NCBI GenBank assembly: GCA_008671135.1
Contig: RQAP01000047.1
Coordinates: 35,768-99,767 of the forward strand
Source: Collinsella aerofaciens
GTDB taxonomy: Bacteria; Actinomycetota; Coriobacteriia; Coriobacteriales; Coriobacteriaceae
Direction of reading: 5' to 3'
Length of the DNA: 64,000 nucleotides
The position numbers were made by a program, and so were the translations under genes. Position 1 is the stretch's first letter. The number at the start of each line of letters is the position of its first letter. The notes under the pieces are model-generated. The model searched no databases, was not told the DNA's origin, and was given only the letters and a program-made list of their open reading frames with translations. Of the stretch, positions 32,611-42,584 are shown piece after piece.

Positions 32611-35259
32611 ATGGTGAAAAAGTCACCGGAAAACACTACTCCCGCAATTGTGGACAACGTAGAGGCGCTTGAGGCTAAGCTCGCTCAGATGCGAGAGGCC
32701 CAGGCGCTTTTTGCTACGTACACGCAGGAGCAGGTCGACAAGATCTTCTATGAGGCCGCCATGGCCGCCAACAAGGCTCGTATCCCGTTGGCGAAGATGG
32801 CCATCGAGGAGACCGGCCGCGGCGTTCTTGAGGACAAGGTCATCAAGAACCACTACGCCGCAGAGTACATCTACAACGCTTACAAGAACACCAAGACCTG
32901 TGGTGTCCTGGAGCGCGACGAGGCTTACGGCATCACCAAGATCGCCGAGCCCATCGGCATCGTGGGCGCCGTCATCCCGACGACCAACCCCACCTCCACC
33001 GCGATCTTCAAGACGCTGATCAGCCTGAAGACCCGCAACGCCATCATCATCTCCCCGCACCCGGCTGCCGCCAAGTGCACCATCGCCGCCGCCAAGCTCG
33101 TGCTTGACGCCGCCGTCAAGGCCGGCGCCCCCGAGGGCATCATCGGCTGGGTCGATGTCCCCTCCATCGAGCTGACCAACATGGTCATGCGCGACGTCGA
33201 CATCATCCTCGCCACCGGTGGCCCGGGCATGGTCAAGGCCGCCTACTCCTCGGGCAAGCCCGCCCTGGGCGTTGGCGCCGGTAACACCCCGGTCGTCATC
33301 GACGACACCGCCGACGTGCTGCTCGCCGTCAACTCCATCATTCACTCCAAGACCTTCGACAACGGCATGATCTGCGCTTCCGAACAGTCCGTGACCGTCA
33401 TCGACACCATCTATGACCAGGTCAAGGCCGAGTTCCAGAAGCGCGGCTGCTACTTCGTCAAGCAGGGTGCCGAGATGGAGGCCCTGCGTGCCGCCATGTT
33501 CAAGAACGGCGCTCTCGATCACCGCATCCCCGGCATGGCTGCCGCCAAGATCGCCGAGCTCGCCGGCATCGAGGTTCCCGCCAAGACCAAGATCCTGATC
33601 GCCGAGGTCACCTCCACCGACCCCGCCAAGGAGGAGTTCTCCCACGAGAAGCTCTCCCCGGTCCTGGCCATGTACCACGCCAAGGACTTCCAGGAGGCCG
33701 TCGACAAGGCCGAGCACCTGGTGCTCGCCGGTGGCCCGGGCCACACCGCCTCTCTGTACGTGCACCCCGCACAGGCCGAGAAGATCAGCCTGTTCGAGCA
33801 CGTCATGAAGGCCTGCCGTATCGTCATCAACACCCCGTCCTCGCACGGTGGCATCGGTGACCTGTACAACTTTGGCATGAAGCCGTCTCTGACCCTGGGC
33901 TGCGGCTCCTGGGGCGGCAACTCCGTCTCCGAGAACGTTGGGGTGAAGCACTTGATCAACGTTAAGACTGTGGCCGAGCGCCGTGAGAACATGCTGTGGT
34001 TCCGCGCTCCCGAGAAGGTCTACTTCAAGAAGGGTTCCACGCCCGTCGCCCTCGACGAGCTGGGCAACGTCATGGGCAAGAAGCGCGCCTTCATCGTCAC
34101 CGACCAGTTCCTCTTCAAGAATGGCAACACCCGCGCCATCGAGGCCAAGCTCGACGAGATGGGCATCGCCCACGACTGCTTCTACGACGTCGAGCCCGAT
34201 CCGTCGCTGCAGTGCGCACGTCGCGGCGCCAAGCAGATGGCTCTCTTTGAGCCGGACGTCATCATCGCCGTCGGCGGTGGCTCCGCTATGGATGCCGGCA
34301 AGATCATGTGGATGATGTACGAGCACCCCGAGTGCAAGTTTGAGGACATGGCCATGGACTTCATGGACATCCGCAAGCGTATCTTCACCTTCCCCGAGAT
34401 GGGCAAGAAGGCCTACTTCGTCGCCGTTCCGACCTCTTCGGGTACCGGCTCCGAGTGCACGCCGTTCGCCATCATCACCGACAAGGAGACCGGCATCAAG
34501 TGGCCGCTCGCCGACTACGCGCTGCTCCCCAACATGGCTATCGTCGACGCCGACAACTGCATGACCGCCCCGCGCGGCCTGACCGCTGCCTCCGGCATCG
34601 ACGTCATGACCCACGCCATCGAGTCCTACGTCTCCATCATGGCTTCCGACTACACCAAGGGCCTCTCCGAGCGTGCTGCTAAGCTCGTCTTCGAGAACCT
34701 GCCCTCCAGCTTCACGAACGGCGCCAAGGACCCGCACGCCCGCGAGGAGATGCACAACGCCTCCTGCATGGCCGGTATGGCCTTCGCCAACGCCTTCCTG
34801 GGCCTCAACCACTCCATGGCCCACAAGCTCGGCGCTTTCCATCACCTGCCCCACGGCCTCGCAAACGCCGTCATCCTGACCCGCGTCATGCGCTACAACG
34901 CCGCCGAGGCTCCCGTCAAGATGGGTACCTTCTCCCAGTATCCTTACCCCAACGCGCTGCACAACTACGCCGAGATGGCCAAGTACTGCGGCATCGAGGG
35001 CAAGGACGACAAGGAGGTCTTCGAGAACTTCATCACGAAGCTCGAGGAGCTCAAGGACTTCATCGGTGTCAAGAAGACCATCGCCGACTACGGTGTTGAC
35101 GAGCAGTACTTCCTCGACACCCTCGACGAGATGACCGAGCAGGCATTCAACGACCAGTGCACCGGCGCTAACCCGCGCTACCCGCTCATGAGCGAGATCA
35201 AGGAGCTCTACCTGGACGCCTACTACGGCCGCGAGCCTCAGGACTACGCCGTCTGCTAG
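32611..35259 (+). CDS. adhE: Bifunctional acetaldehyde-CoA/alcohol dehydrogenase
   Basis: ATGGPGMV, GMICASEQ, LTLGCGSWG linker, GGGSAMD, Fe ligands THAIE/HSMAH/PHG; 882 aa. Confidence 0.98.
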   Translation: MVKKSPENTTPAIVDNVEALEAKLAQMREAQALFATYTQEQVDKIFYEAAMAANKARIPLAKMAIEETGRGVLEDKVIKNHYAAEYIYNAYKNTKTCGVLERDEAYGITKIAEPIGIVGAVIPTTNPTSTAIFKTLISLKTRNAIIISPHPAAAKCTIAAAKLVLDAAVKAGAPEGIIGWVDVPSIELTNMVMRDVDIILATGGPGMVKAAYSSGKPALGVGAGNTPVVIDDTADVLLAVNSIIHSKTFDNGMICASEQSVTVIDTIYDQVKAEFQKRGCYFVKQGAEMEALRAAMFKNGALDHRIPGMAAAKIAELAGIEVPAKTKILIAEVTSTDPAKEEFSHEKLSPVLAMYHAKDFQEAVDKAEHLVLAGGPGHTASLYVHPAQAEKISLFEHVMKACRIVINTPSSHGGIGDLYNFGMKPSLTLGCGSWGGNSVSENVGVKHLINVKTVAERRENMLWFRAPEKVYFKKGSTPVALDELGNVMGKKRAFIVTDQFLFKNGNTRAIEAKLDEMGIAHDCFYDVEPDPSLQCARRGAKQMALFEPDVIIAVGGGSAMDAGKIMWMMYEHPECKFEDMAMDFMDIRKRIFTFPEMGKKAYFVAVPTSSGTGSECTPFAIITDKETGIKWPLADYALLPNMAIVDADNCMTAPRGLTAASGIDVMTHAIESYVSIMASDYTKGLSERAAKLVFENLPSSFTNGAKDPHAREEMHNASCMAGMAFANAFLGLNHSMAHKLGAFHHLPHGLANAVILTRVMRYNAAEAPVKMGTFSQYPYPNALHNYAEMAKYCGIEGKDDKEVFENFITKLEELKDFIGVKKTIADYGVDEQYFLDTLDEMTEQAFNDQCTGANPRYPLMSEIKELYLDAYYGREPQDYAVC

Positions 35260-35347
35260 TTTTAGCACGGTTTTTAACGGCGGGGGTGCACGGGTGTTTC
35301 ACACACCCCCGCCGTCGCTTCTATCGCATCGTTGAAAGGATGCAACC

Positions 35348-36112
35348 ATGCTGCTACCCGATTCCAAGACCGAGCTCGTCCGTCGCGGCAACAAGGTCGT
35401 TTACGACCTGGGCGACAAGATCGTCAAGGTCTTTAACGAGACCAAGCCCGTCTCCGACGTGTTCAACGAGGCTTTGAATCTTGCCCGCATCAATGAGTGC
35501 GGCATCCGCAGCCCCAAGGCTCTCGAGGTTTCCCAGCTCGAGAACGCCAACGGCTGGGCGCTCGTGACCGAGAAGGTTCCGGGCACCACCCTTGCCGAGA
35601 AGATGACTGCCGAGCCCCAGCGCTTTGGTGAGTACCTCGAGATGTTCGTCGACCTCCAGATCGAGATCCACGGCTACACCTCCCCGCTGCTCAACCGTCA
35701 GCGCGACAAGTTCGCCCGCATGATCGACAGCCTTGATCAGCTCAATGCCACCACGCGCTACAACCTTCAGGAGCGTCTGGACGGCATGACCAAGGAGTTC
35801 AAGGTCTGCCACGGCGACTTCAACCCCTCCAACGTCATCGTCGGCGACGACGGCCAGCTCTATGTGTGCGACTGGGCACACGCCACCCAGGGTTCCCCTG
35901 CTGCCGACGTTGCCACCACCTACCTGCTCTTTGCTCTCAACAGCAAGGATCAGGCTGAGGCCTACCTGGAGCTCTACTGCGACCGCGCCGACATGCCCAT
36001 GCAGGTCGTGCGTCAGTGGACGAGCATCGTCGCCGCTTCCGAGCTCGCTCGCAAGCGCAACGTGAACGATGAGTTCCTTAAGAACTGGATCGACGTCGTC
36101 GATTATCAGTAA
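35348..36112 (+). CDS. APH/choline-kinase-like phosphotransferase
   Basis: IVK..E N-lobe, CHGDFNPSNV catalytic loop, CDW metal-binding motif; AAAGGA SD. Confidence 0.88.
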   Translation: MLLPDSKTELVRRGNKVVYDLGDKIVKVFNETKPVSDVFNEALNLARINECGIRSPKALEVSQLENANGWALVTEKVPGTTLAEKMTAEPQRFGEYLEMFVDLQIEIHGYTSPLLNRQRDKFARMIDSLDQLNATTRYNLQERLDGMTKEFKVCHGDFNPSNVIVGDDGQLYVCDWAHATQGSPAADVATTYLLFALNSKDQAEAYLELYCDRADMPMQVVRQWTSIVAASELARKRNVNDEFLKNWIDVVDYQ

Positions 36113-36144
36113 TATCTGAGCGATTCATTTCGCATCGGAGGCAC

Positions 36145-36188
36145 AAAGGAAACCCCGCAGCTCACTTGGGCTGTGGGGTTTTCCTTTT
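36145..36188 (+). terminator. Terminator after adhE-kinase
   Basis: GGAAACCCCGCAGC...GCTGTGGGGTTTTCCTTTT. Confidence 0.8.
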
Positions 36189-36211
36189 AGATATCAAGGA
36201 TGCCACAAGAT

Positions 36212-36261
36212 AAAAGGACGGCCCCACATCTCCCCGATCTGGAGAAATGCGGGGCCGTCCC
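36212..36261 (-). terminator. Terminator after proS
   Basis: GGACGGCCCCGCAT...ATGTGGGGCCGTCCTTTT on minus strand. Confidence 0.75.
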
Positions 36262-36290
36262 GTATATCGAACTACAAGCGAAATTGTCGA

Positions 36291-38012
36291 TTAACGGCGG
36301 GCCGCCTTAACAAGCTCGGCAACCTTGGCGACGACCTCGTCGATCGCTACATCCTCGCGCTCGCCCGTAGCACGGTCCTTGAGCTCAACGGTACCGTTCT
36401 TAAGGCCGCGCTTGCCCAGAACCACCTGATACGGGAAGCCCATAAGGTCGTTATCGGCAAACTTAAAGCCCGGACGCTCATCGCGATCGTCGACGACGAC
36501 CTCGATACCCTCGGAACACAGGCCATCAACAATCTGCTCGCAGACGGTAGCGCACTCTTCCTTCTTGGGATCAAGCGGAATCACCGCGACCTCGTACGGG
36601 GCAACGGAGACCGGCCAGACGATACCGTGCTCGTCATTGTGCTGCTCCACGACGGCAGCAAGCGAGCGGGACACGCCCACGCCGTAACAACCCATGATGA
36701 GCGGCTTCTCCTTGCCGTCCTCATCCATAAAGGTGGCACCCATTGCCTCGGAATACTTGGTGCCCAGCTGGAAGACCTGGGAGACCTCGATGCCGCGAGC
36801 AGCAGAGAGCGGCTTGCCGCAGTGCGGGCAGGGATCGCCGGCAACGACGGTTACCAAGTCGGCCCACTCATCGACGGTAAAGTCGCGCTCGGGGCAGGCA
36901 CCGGTAAAGTGATAATCGACCTCGTTGGCACCGCAGGCCCACTGCTTGGACTCGCGCAGGCTCTCGTCGCACACCAGACGAATGCCCTCGGGCAGGTTAA
37001 CCGGTCCGATAAAGCCCTTATGCAGACCGTAGGTCTGGAGCTCCTCATCGGTCATCATACGATAACCCTTGCCAAAGACGTGCTCGGCCTTGCAGTCATT
37101 GAGCTCATGATCACCCGGGACAATGGCCACGACGGGCTTGCCCTCGGCGTCGATGAGTGCCAGCGACTTGCGCGTGCCGTTCTCGGGGAAGCCGAAGAAC
37201 TTTGCAACGGCCTCGATGGTGCCCATGCCCGGAGTCTCGACCTTGGTAAGCGTACCGTCGCCAGGACCCTCGGTCACAACGACCTTGGTGCTTGCGGCCT
37301 CATCGTCGGCAGCGAAGCCGCAATCGTCGCAGTAGACGAGCGAAGCCTCGCCGGCGTCGGCCAAAGCCATGTACTCGACGGAGGTATCGCCACCGATCTC
37401 GCCGGAGTCGGCGACAACGGGCAAGGCCTTGATGTAGCAGCGCTCGCAAATGTTGGCATAGGCCTGCTTCATCTTGTCGTACTCCTCCTGCAGGCTCACC
37501 TGCGTGGCGGAGAAGCTGTAGGCGTCCTTCATGATGAACTCGCGACCGCGCATCAGGCCAAAGCGGGGACGGAACTCGTCGCGGAACTTATCCTGAATGT
37601 GGTACAGGTTGACGGGCAGCTGTTTGTAGGAGCGCAGCTCGTTGCGCACCAGAGCCGTGACGGTCTCTTCGTGCGTGGGGCCCAGGACGAACTCGCGACC
37701 GTGACGGTCGTCAAAGCGCACAAGCTCCTTGCCATAGGCGTCGATGCGTCCGGACTCACGCCACAACTCGGCGTCGACCATGATAGGCATCATAAGCTCC
37801 TGGGCGCCGGCAGCGTCCATCTCGTCGCGCACGATGTTCTCAATCTTGCGGATCGAGCGCCAAGCAAGCGGCAGATAGGAATACAGACCGGCGGCCTCCT
37901 TGCGGATCATGCCGGCACGGAGCAGCAGGCGGTGGCTGGCGAGCTCAGCGTCCGCCGGATCCTCTTTAAGCGTCGGCGCGTAGAGCTTAGACATATACAT
38001 TGCTCGGGTCAT
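36291..38012 (-). CDS. proS: Proline--tRNA ligase
   Basis: LGPTHEE, FRDEFRPRFGLMR, editing domain, MGCYGVG. Confidence 0.98.
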   Translation of the reverse strand: MTRAMYMSKLYAPTLKEDPADAELASHRLLLRAGMIRKEAAGLYSYLPLAWRSIRKIENIVRDEMDAAGAQELMMPIMVDAELWRESGRIDAYGKELVRFDDRHGREFVLGPTHEETVTALVRNELRSYKQLPVNLYHIQDKFRDEFRPRFGLMRGREFIMKDAYSFSATQVSLQEEYDKMKQAYANICERCYIKALPVVADSGEIGGDTSVEYMALADAGEASLVYCDDCGFAADDEAASTKVVVTEGPGDGTLTKVETPGMGTIEAVAKFFGFPENGTRKSLALIDAEGKPVVAIVPGDHELNDCKAEHVFGKGYRMMTDEELQTYGLHKGFIGPVNLPEGIRLVCDESLRESKQWACGANEVDYHFTGACPERDFTVDEWADLVTVVAGDPCPHCGKPLSAARGIEVSQVFQLGTKYSEAMGATFMDEDGKEKPLIMGCYGVGVSRSLAAVVEQHNDEHGIVWPVSVAPYEVAVIPLDPKKEECATVCEQIVDGLCSEGIEVVVDDRDERPGFKFADNDLMGFPYQVVLGKRGLKNGTVELKDRATGEREDVAIDEVVAKVAELVKAARR

Positions 38013-39095
38013 TTATTTCTCCTCAATAAGCTTGTCGACCTCGGCCATAAGCGCGTCGACAATTTGGTCCTCAGCTACTTTACCAATGATCCGGCCATGC
38101 GAAAAGAGCAAGGCCTGACCACGTCCGCAAGCAACGCCCAGGTCGGCATCAGAAGCCTCACCGGGGCCATTAACGGCACATCCCATCACGGCGATCGAAA
38201 GCGGCGCGGAGTAGTTCTTAAGCCGCTCGGTGACCTCCTCGGCGATGGGAATGAGATTAACCTGGCAGCGGGCGCACGTGGGGCACGAGACAATCTCGGG
38301 GCCACGGCGACGCAGGCCCAGCGACTGCAGAATACCCCAAGCGACCGGCGGCTCCTCAAGCGGATCGGCCGTGAGCGACACACGCATGGTGTCGCCAATG
38401 CCTTCGGAAAGCAAGATACCCAAGCCTACAGAGCTCTTGATAGTACCTTGGAGCTTGGTCCCAGCCTCCGTCACGCCCAGGTGAAGCGGAACGTGGGGAA
38501 TCTCACGCGACAAGGCTCGATAGGTATCGAGCGTCGTTTGCACGCTATGGGCCTTAGCCGAAAGCACGATGTTCGTAAAGCCGCGGTCTTCAAAATGCTT
38601 GACGAAACGCTCGCTCGACATCACGAGCTTTTCGGGCTGCGAAAGATCGTCGCGCTCGGCAATATCTTGCTCAAGCGAGCCCGCGTTCACGCCAATGCGA
38701 ATCGCACAGCCCGCGGCGCCGGCGGCGTCGATGACGGCATCGACCTTAGCCCAATCGCCGATATTGCCGGGATTGATGCGGAGCTTGGCGGCACCGGCCT
38801 CCACAGCGCCAATGGCCAGCTTGTGGTTAAAGTGGATATCGGCAACGATTGGCACCGGAGACTCGGCACAGATGGTGCGGAAACCCTCAAGCGCGGCCTC
38901 GGTGGGCACGCTCACGCGCACGATATCGCAGCCAGCCTGCGCCAACGCACACACTTGAACAAGCGTTGCCTGGGCATCAGCGGTATCGGTACAGGTCATG
39001 GACTGAACCACCACCGGAGCGCCACCACCGATCTGCACGCCGCCCACATAAACGGGGCGCGTCAGCTCGCGCGGCAAAGGATGGGATAAAGACAA
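38013..39095 (-). CDS. ispG: HMBPP synthase IspG
   Basis: VQSMT, ADIHF, RINPGN, CPTCAR, MGCAVNGPGE; TTG start inferred. Confidence 0.96.
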   Translation of the reverse strand: MSLSHPLPRELTRPVYVGGVQIGGGAPVVVQSMTCTDTADAQATLVQVCALAQAGCDIVRVSVPTEAALEGFRTICAESPVPIVADIHFNHKLAIGAVEAGAAKLRINPGNIGDWAKVDAVIDAAGAAGCAIRIGVNAGSLEQDIAERDDLSQPEKLVMSSERFVKHFEDRGFTNIVLSAKAHSVQTTLDTYRALSREIPHVPLHLGVTEAGTKLQGTIKSSVGLGILLSEGIGDTMRVSLTADPLEEPPVAWGILQSLGLRRRGPEIVSCPTCARCQVNLIPIAEEVTERLKNYSAPLSIAVMGCAVNGPGEASDADLGVACGRGQALLFSHGRIIGKVAEDQIVDALMAEVDKLIEEK

Positions 39096-39108
39096 TCCAA
39101 ACACTCCC

Positions 39109-40470
39109 CTACAGAATAAAACGAAGGATATCGGAACGAAGCATATAGACAAACAGCAATGCGAAGAGCGCGATGCCCACATAGCTCACAATCGTCTGAG
39201 CCTTGAGAGGCAGCTCGCGACCCGCAATCTTTTGAATAATCTCGATGACTAACTTACCGCCGTCGAGCGGGGGGATGGGCAGTAAGTTCATAAAACCCAG
39301 CGAGAACGAAATGAGCGCGGCAAACGACAGGAACGTTACGGGGCCGGCAGCAGCCGCCTGAGAGGACATGACGCTGATGCCCACGATCGACGAGGACTGG
39401 TCGAGAATCTCCATCGTATGCTGCGGCTGGAGTAGGCGCATAACGCCATCCGCCGTCTGCACAACATAGGAGAATGACAGACGCGCCGAGGTGATGGGGT
39501 CTAAACGGACCACCTGCGTAGAGGCATACACACCTAGGCGCTCGTCCTCTTTGAGCGCAACCGTGGTCGAATGCTGCTTGCCGTCACGCTCGTACTCGAT
39601 GGCGATATCGTCCTTACCGGCAGCCTTGCCGATGGCATCGTAAACGTCCATCCAAGTAGAGCACGATACTCCGTCGACCGAAAGGATCGCATCGCCGCCC
39701 TCGATTCCCGCGGCGGCGGCAATCGAGCCTTCGTCAACCTGACCGATCACGTTGGTATCCATTGGCACGGTGACACCCGCAATGGAATAGATGCTCATAA
39801 GGAGCAAAAAACCCGTTAGGATATTGACGAGAATGCCCGCGAGCAGCATAAAGGCGCGCTTGAGAAAGCCCTGGCCCAGATAGGTATGCGAACGCTCTTG
39901 CGCAAGGAACTCGGCCTCGCCGTACGGCAGCTCCCACACATCGCCCTCGGCAGTCGCATGCTCTCGATCGAACCGGCGGCCGTCAAAGGTGGTGTAACCC
40001 GCAGCGTCTCGAGGCAGTGTCTGATACTTGGTGGGATAGTAGCTCGGTGAGGGCTTCTCCCCATCCTCATACCAAGGTGCGATGGAGCCCCAGCCCAGCA
40101 ACAGAGCACAAGCCTCGAGCACATCCTCCTCGGAAAGCTCGAGCTCGACAGCAAGGTCGGCCACGGTCACGCGACCATGACGGTAGATAGCCGCGAGCAC
40201 GCGATCGGCGCACGAGACATCGGTCGGATCCATACCGCAGATGGCAGCGTAGCCACCCAGCAGCAGCGGCGTCACGCCAAACTTGGTTCCAATGCGACGC
40301 GACGTGTAATGGATGTCAAAGCGGCACGGCAGACCCAAAAAGAACTCGGTCACACGGACGCCGCAGGCACGCGCCGCCAAAAAGTGGCCGCCCTCGTGCA
40401 AAAACACGAGGACGGAAAGCATCAGCAGGCCCCAGAAGACCGATGAGAGAACGCTCAGAACAGTATCCAT
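39109..40470 (-). CDS. rseP: RIP metalloprotease RseP (M50) with large insertion
   Basis: HEGGH, GGY, AGILVN, PDZ, NLLPIPPLDGG; dxr-rseP-ispG synteny. Confidence 0.93.
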   Translation of the reverse strand: MDTVLSVLSSVFWGLLMLSVLVFLHEGGHFLAARACGVRVTEFFLGLPCRFDIHYTSRRIGTKFGVTPLLLGGYAAICGMDPTDVSCADRVLAAIYRHGRVTVADLAVELELSEEDVLEACALLLGWGSIAPWYEDGEKPSPSYYPTKYQTLPRDAAGYTTFDGRRFDREHATAEGDVWELPYGEAEFLAQERSHTYLGQGFLKRAFMLLAGILVNILTGFLLLMSIYSIAGVTVPMDTNVIGQVDEGSIAAAAGIEGGDAILSVDGVSCSTWMDVYDAIGKAAGKDDIAIEYERDGKQHSTTVALKEDERLGVYASTQVVRLDPITSARLSFSYVVQTADGVMRLLQPQHTMEILDQSSSIVGISVMSSQAAAAGPVTFLSFAALISFSLGFMNLLPIPPLDGGKLVIEIIQKIAGRELPLKAQTIVSYVGIALFALLFVYMLRSDILRFIL

Positions 40471-40495
40471 AAAACGAAAAAGCAATCCTTATGGG

Positions 40496-41683
40496 TTAGG
40501 AACGGGTTGCGACGAGCACCTGCGCAGCCTTTTCACGCGCCCACGCATCGATGTCGCGAAGCTGCTCAAACGAATCGACAACCTGCGTATCGTGGGCATC
40601 CATGCAGGATTCCACAATGCGATCGATATCGGTAAAGCTGCAGCCATCGTGCAGGAAGGCATCGACAGCAACTTCGTTGGCGGCATTGAGCACGCACGGC
40701 ATGGTGCCACCCGTCTTGCCGGCACGCTCGGCCAGTGCCAGACAGCGGAAGGTATCCATGTCGGCAGCATCAAACGTGAGCTGCCCCAGCTCGCGAAAAT
40801 CGATACGAGGCGCCGGGGTATCCCAACGCTCGGGATACGAGAACGCGAACTGGATGGGAATACGCATGTCGGAAGCACCGAGATGCGCCATCACGGAGCC
40901 GTCGGCGAACTCGACCATAGAGTGAATCTTGGACTGACGCTGCACGACCACGTTAATGAAATCGAGGTCGCAATTAAACAGATGCATGGCCTCAATGCGC
41001 TCCAGGCCCTTGTTCATGAGGGTGGCGGAGTCAATGGTGATCTTTGCACCCATGGCCCACGTGGGATGTGCGAGGGCATCGGCGCGCGTCACGCGATCGA
41101 GCTCGTCGCGCGTGCGGCCAAAGAACGGACCGCCCGAGCAGGTGAGCCAAATACAATGAGCCTCGCGTGGGTTCTCCCCCAGATAGCACTGGTAGATGGC
41201 GGAGTGCTCAGAATCGACTGGAATAAGCTGGCCCGGTTGCGCCAACGGCATAAGCAAGTCGCCACCGACGACGAGGGACTCCTTGTTGGCAAGGGCAAGG
41301 CGCTTATTTGAGGTCAAGGCCGCATGGCTCGCCTCGAGACCGGCGGCGCCCACAATAGCGACGAGCACGCAGTCGACATCGTCGCGACGCGCGAGCTCGC
41401 AAACCGCTTGCGCGCCAACGCCAAGCTTCGTTCCCTCGGGCAGCTCCTGCAGCACGGCGTCATCGCCATGAGCGACATCGGCCACGGCAACCGCCGGAAC
41501 CGAGAACTCGCGGGCAGCGGCAACGAGCTCGGAGGTACTGGAGTTAACGGACAGCGCCGTCACCTGCAGGAGATCGGCATGCTGGCGGCACACATCGAGC
41601 GCCTGAGTGCCGATAGAGCCCGTACAGCCCAGGATGGCAACACGGAGACGTCCATCGGGGCCATACGTCGTCTGGAAGGACAT
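40496..41683 (-). CDS. dxr: 1-deoxy-D-xylulose 5-phosphate reductoisomerase
   Basis: LGCTGSIG, LANKE, PVDSEH, HPTWAMG, NAANE. Confidence 0.97.
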   Translation of the reverse strand: MSFQTTYGPDGRLRVAILGCTGSIGTQALDVCRQHADLLQVTALSVNSSTSELVAAAREFSVPAVAVADVAHGDDAVLQELPEGTKLGVGAQAVCELARRDDVDCVLVAIVGAAGLEASHAALTSNKRLALANKESLVVGGDLLMPLAQPGQLIPVDSEHSAIYQCYLGENPREAHCIWLTCSGGPFFGRTRDELDRVTRADALAHPTWAMGAKITIDSATLMNKGLERIEAMHLFNCDLDFINVVVQRQSKIHSMVEFADGSVMAHLGASDMRIPIQFAFSYPERWDTPAPRIDFRELGQLTFDAADMDTFRCLALAERAGKTGGTMPCVLNAANEVAVDAFLHDGCSFTDIDRIVESCMDAHDTQVVDSFEQLRDIDAWAREKAAQVLVATRS

Positions 41684-42582
41684 TACAGCACGCCTCCGAT
41701 CATCAGCATCAGCTGCGCGGTGATGCAGCCGAAGATAAGCGAATCGCTTCGATCGAGCATGCCGCCGTGGCCCGGGATAAGGTTACCGGAATCCTTGACG
41801 CCCACACCGCGCTTGATGCGCGACTCGATAAGGTCGCCGATAACGCCCAGAATGGACACGACCACGCCGCACAGCAGCGCATAGGGCAGGCTGAGCTTGT
41901 AGAGGTGCGTCGCCCACAGGATGAGCCAAATCAAAACCGAGCCCAGGATGCCGCCGACAAACCCCTCCCAGCTCTTTTTGGGAGAGATCTTGGGAACCAT
42001 CTTATGCTTGCCGATACGGCTGCCCACGATGTAGGCAAACGAATCGGAGACCCAAAGGGACGCGCAAACGCCCACCGAAAGCAGGGCGCCGGCAAAACCG
42101 GGCACGGCATCGCGCAGCAGCACGATAGCCGACAGCATAAAGCCAGTGTAAATGGGACCCATGAGCGTCACGGCCACATCAGAGATTCGGGTACGCGGCG
42201 ACCAGACATACCAAATGCCCACAGCGAGCATCAGAGCAAAAAGCAGGGCATTCAGCAACATCGAATCGCCCAACGCCGACAGCGGAAAGAGTACGGCGGC
42301 AGCGATACCCATGCGCTCGTTAGCCATCTTGCCATCGAGCCTTGTCATACGGAAAAACTCATAGCAGCACAGACCGCTCATGACAGAAACAAAGATGGCC
42401 GTGGGCACGATACCCAAAACCAGGCACAGGATAAAGACAACGGCGTAGACGATACCGGCGGCGGCACGGGTAATAAAGCCCGCCAGCCACGTACCGGTTC
42501 CGCTCTTCGCCGCAGGCGCTCCCGCAGTGGCAGCTTTGCGCGCAGGCGCTTTGGGAGCAGTTGCCTTGGGACGATCGGACAC
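41683..42582 (-). CDS. cdsA: Phosphatidate cytidylyltransferase
   Basis: ISPKKSWEG, GDLIESRIKR.GVKDSG..IPGHGGMLDR.D. Confidence 0.96.
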   Translation of the reverse strand: MSDRPKATAPKAPARKAATAGAPAAKSGTGTWLAGFITRAAAGIVYAVVFILCLVLGIVPTAIFVSVMSGLCCYEFFRMTRLDGKMANERMGIAAAVLFPLSALGDSMLLNALLFALMLAVGIWYVWSPRTRISDVAVTLMGPIYTGFMLSAIVLLRDAVPGFAGALLSVGVCASLWVSDSFAYIVGSRIGKHKMVPKISPKKSWEGFVGGILGSVLIWLILWATHLYKLSLPYALLCGVVVSILGVIGDLIESRIKRGVGVKDSGNLIPGHGGMLDRSDSLIFGCITAQLMLMIGGVL

Positions 42583-42584
42583 GA

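Noticed and set aside
32623..35268. 881-aa ORF antisense to adhE (similarly 3633-5915, 10158-12512, 36627-39089, 57162-60416)
   Set aside because: Shadow ORFs mirroring the sense codon frame in GC-rich, codon-biased genes; no recognisable motifs
35348..36112. Aminoglycoside resistance gene
   Set aside because: Only fold-level motifs; host-like codon usage and metabolic context, with no mobile context of its own
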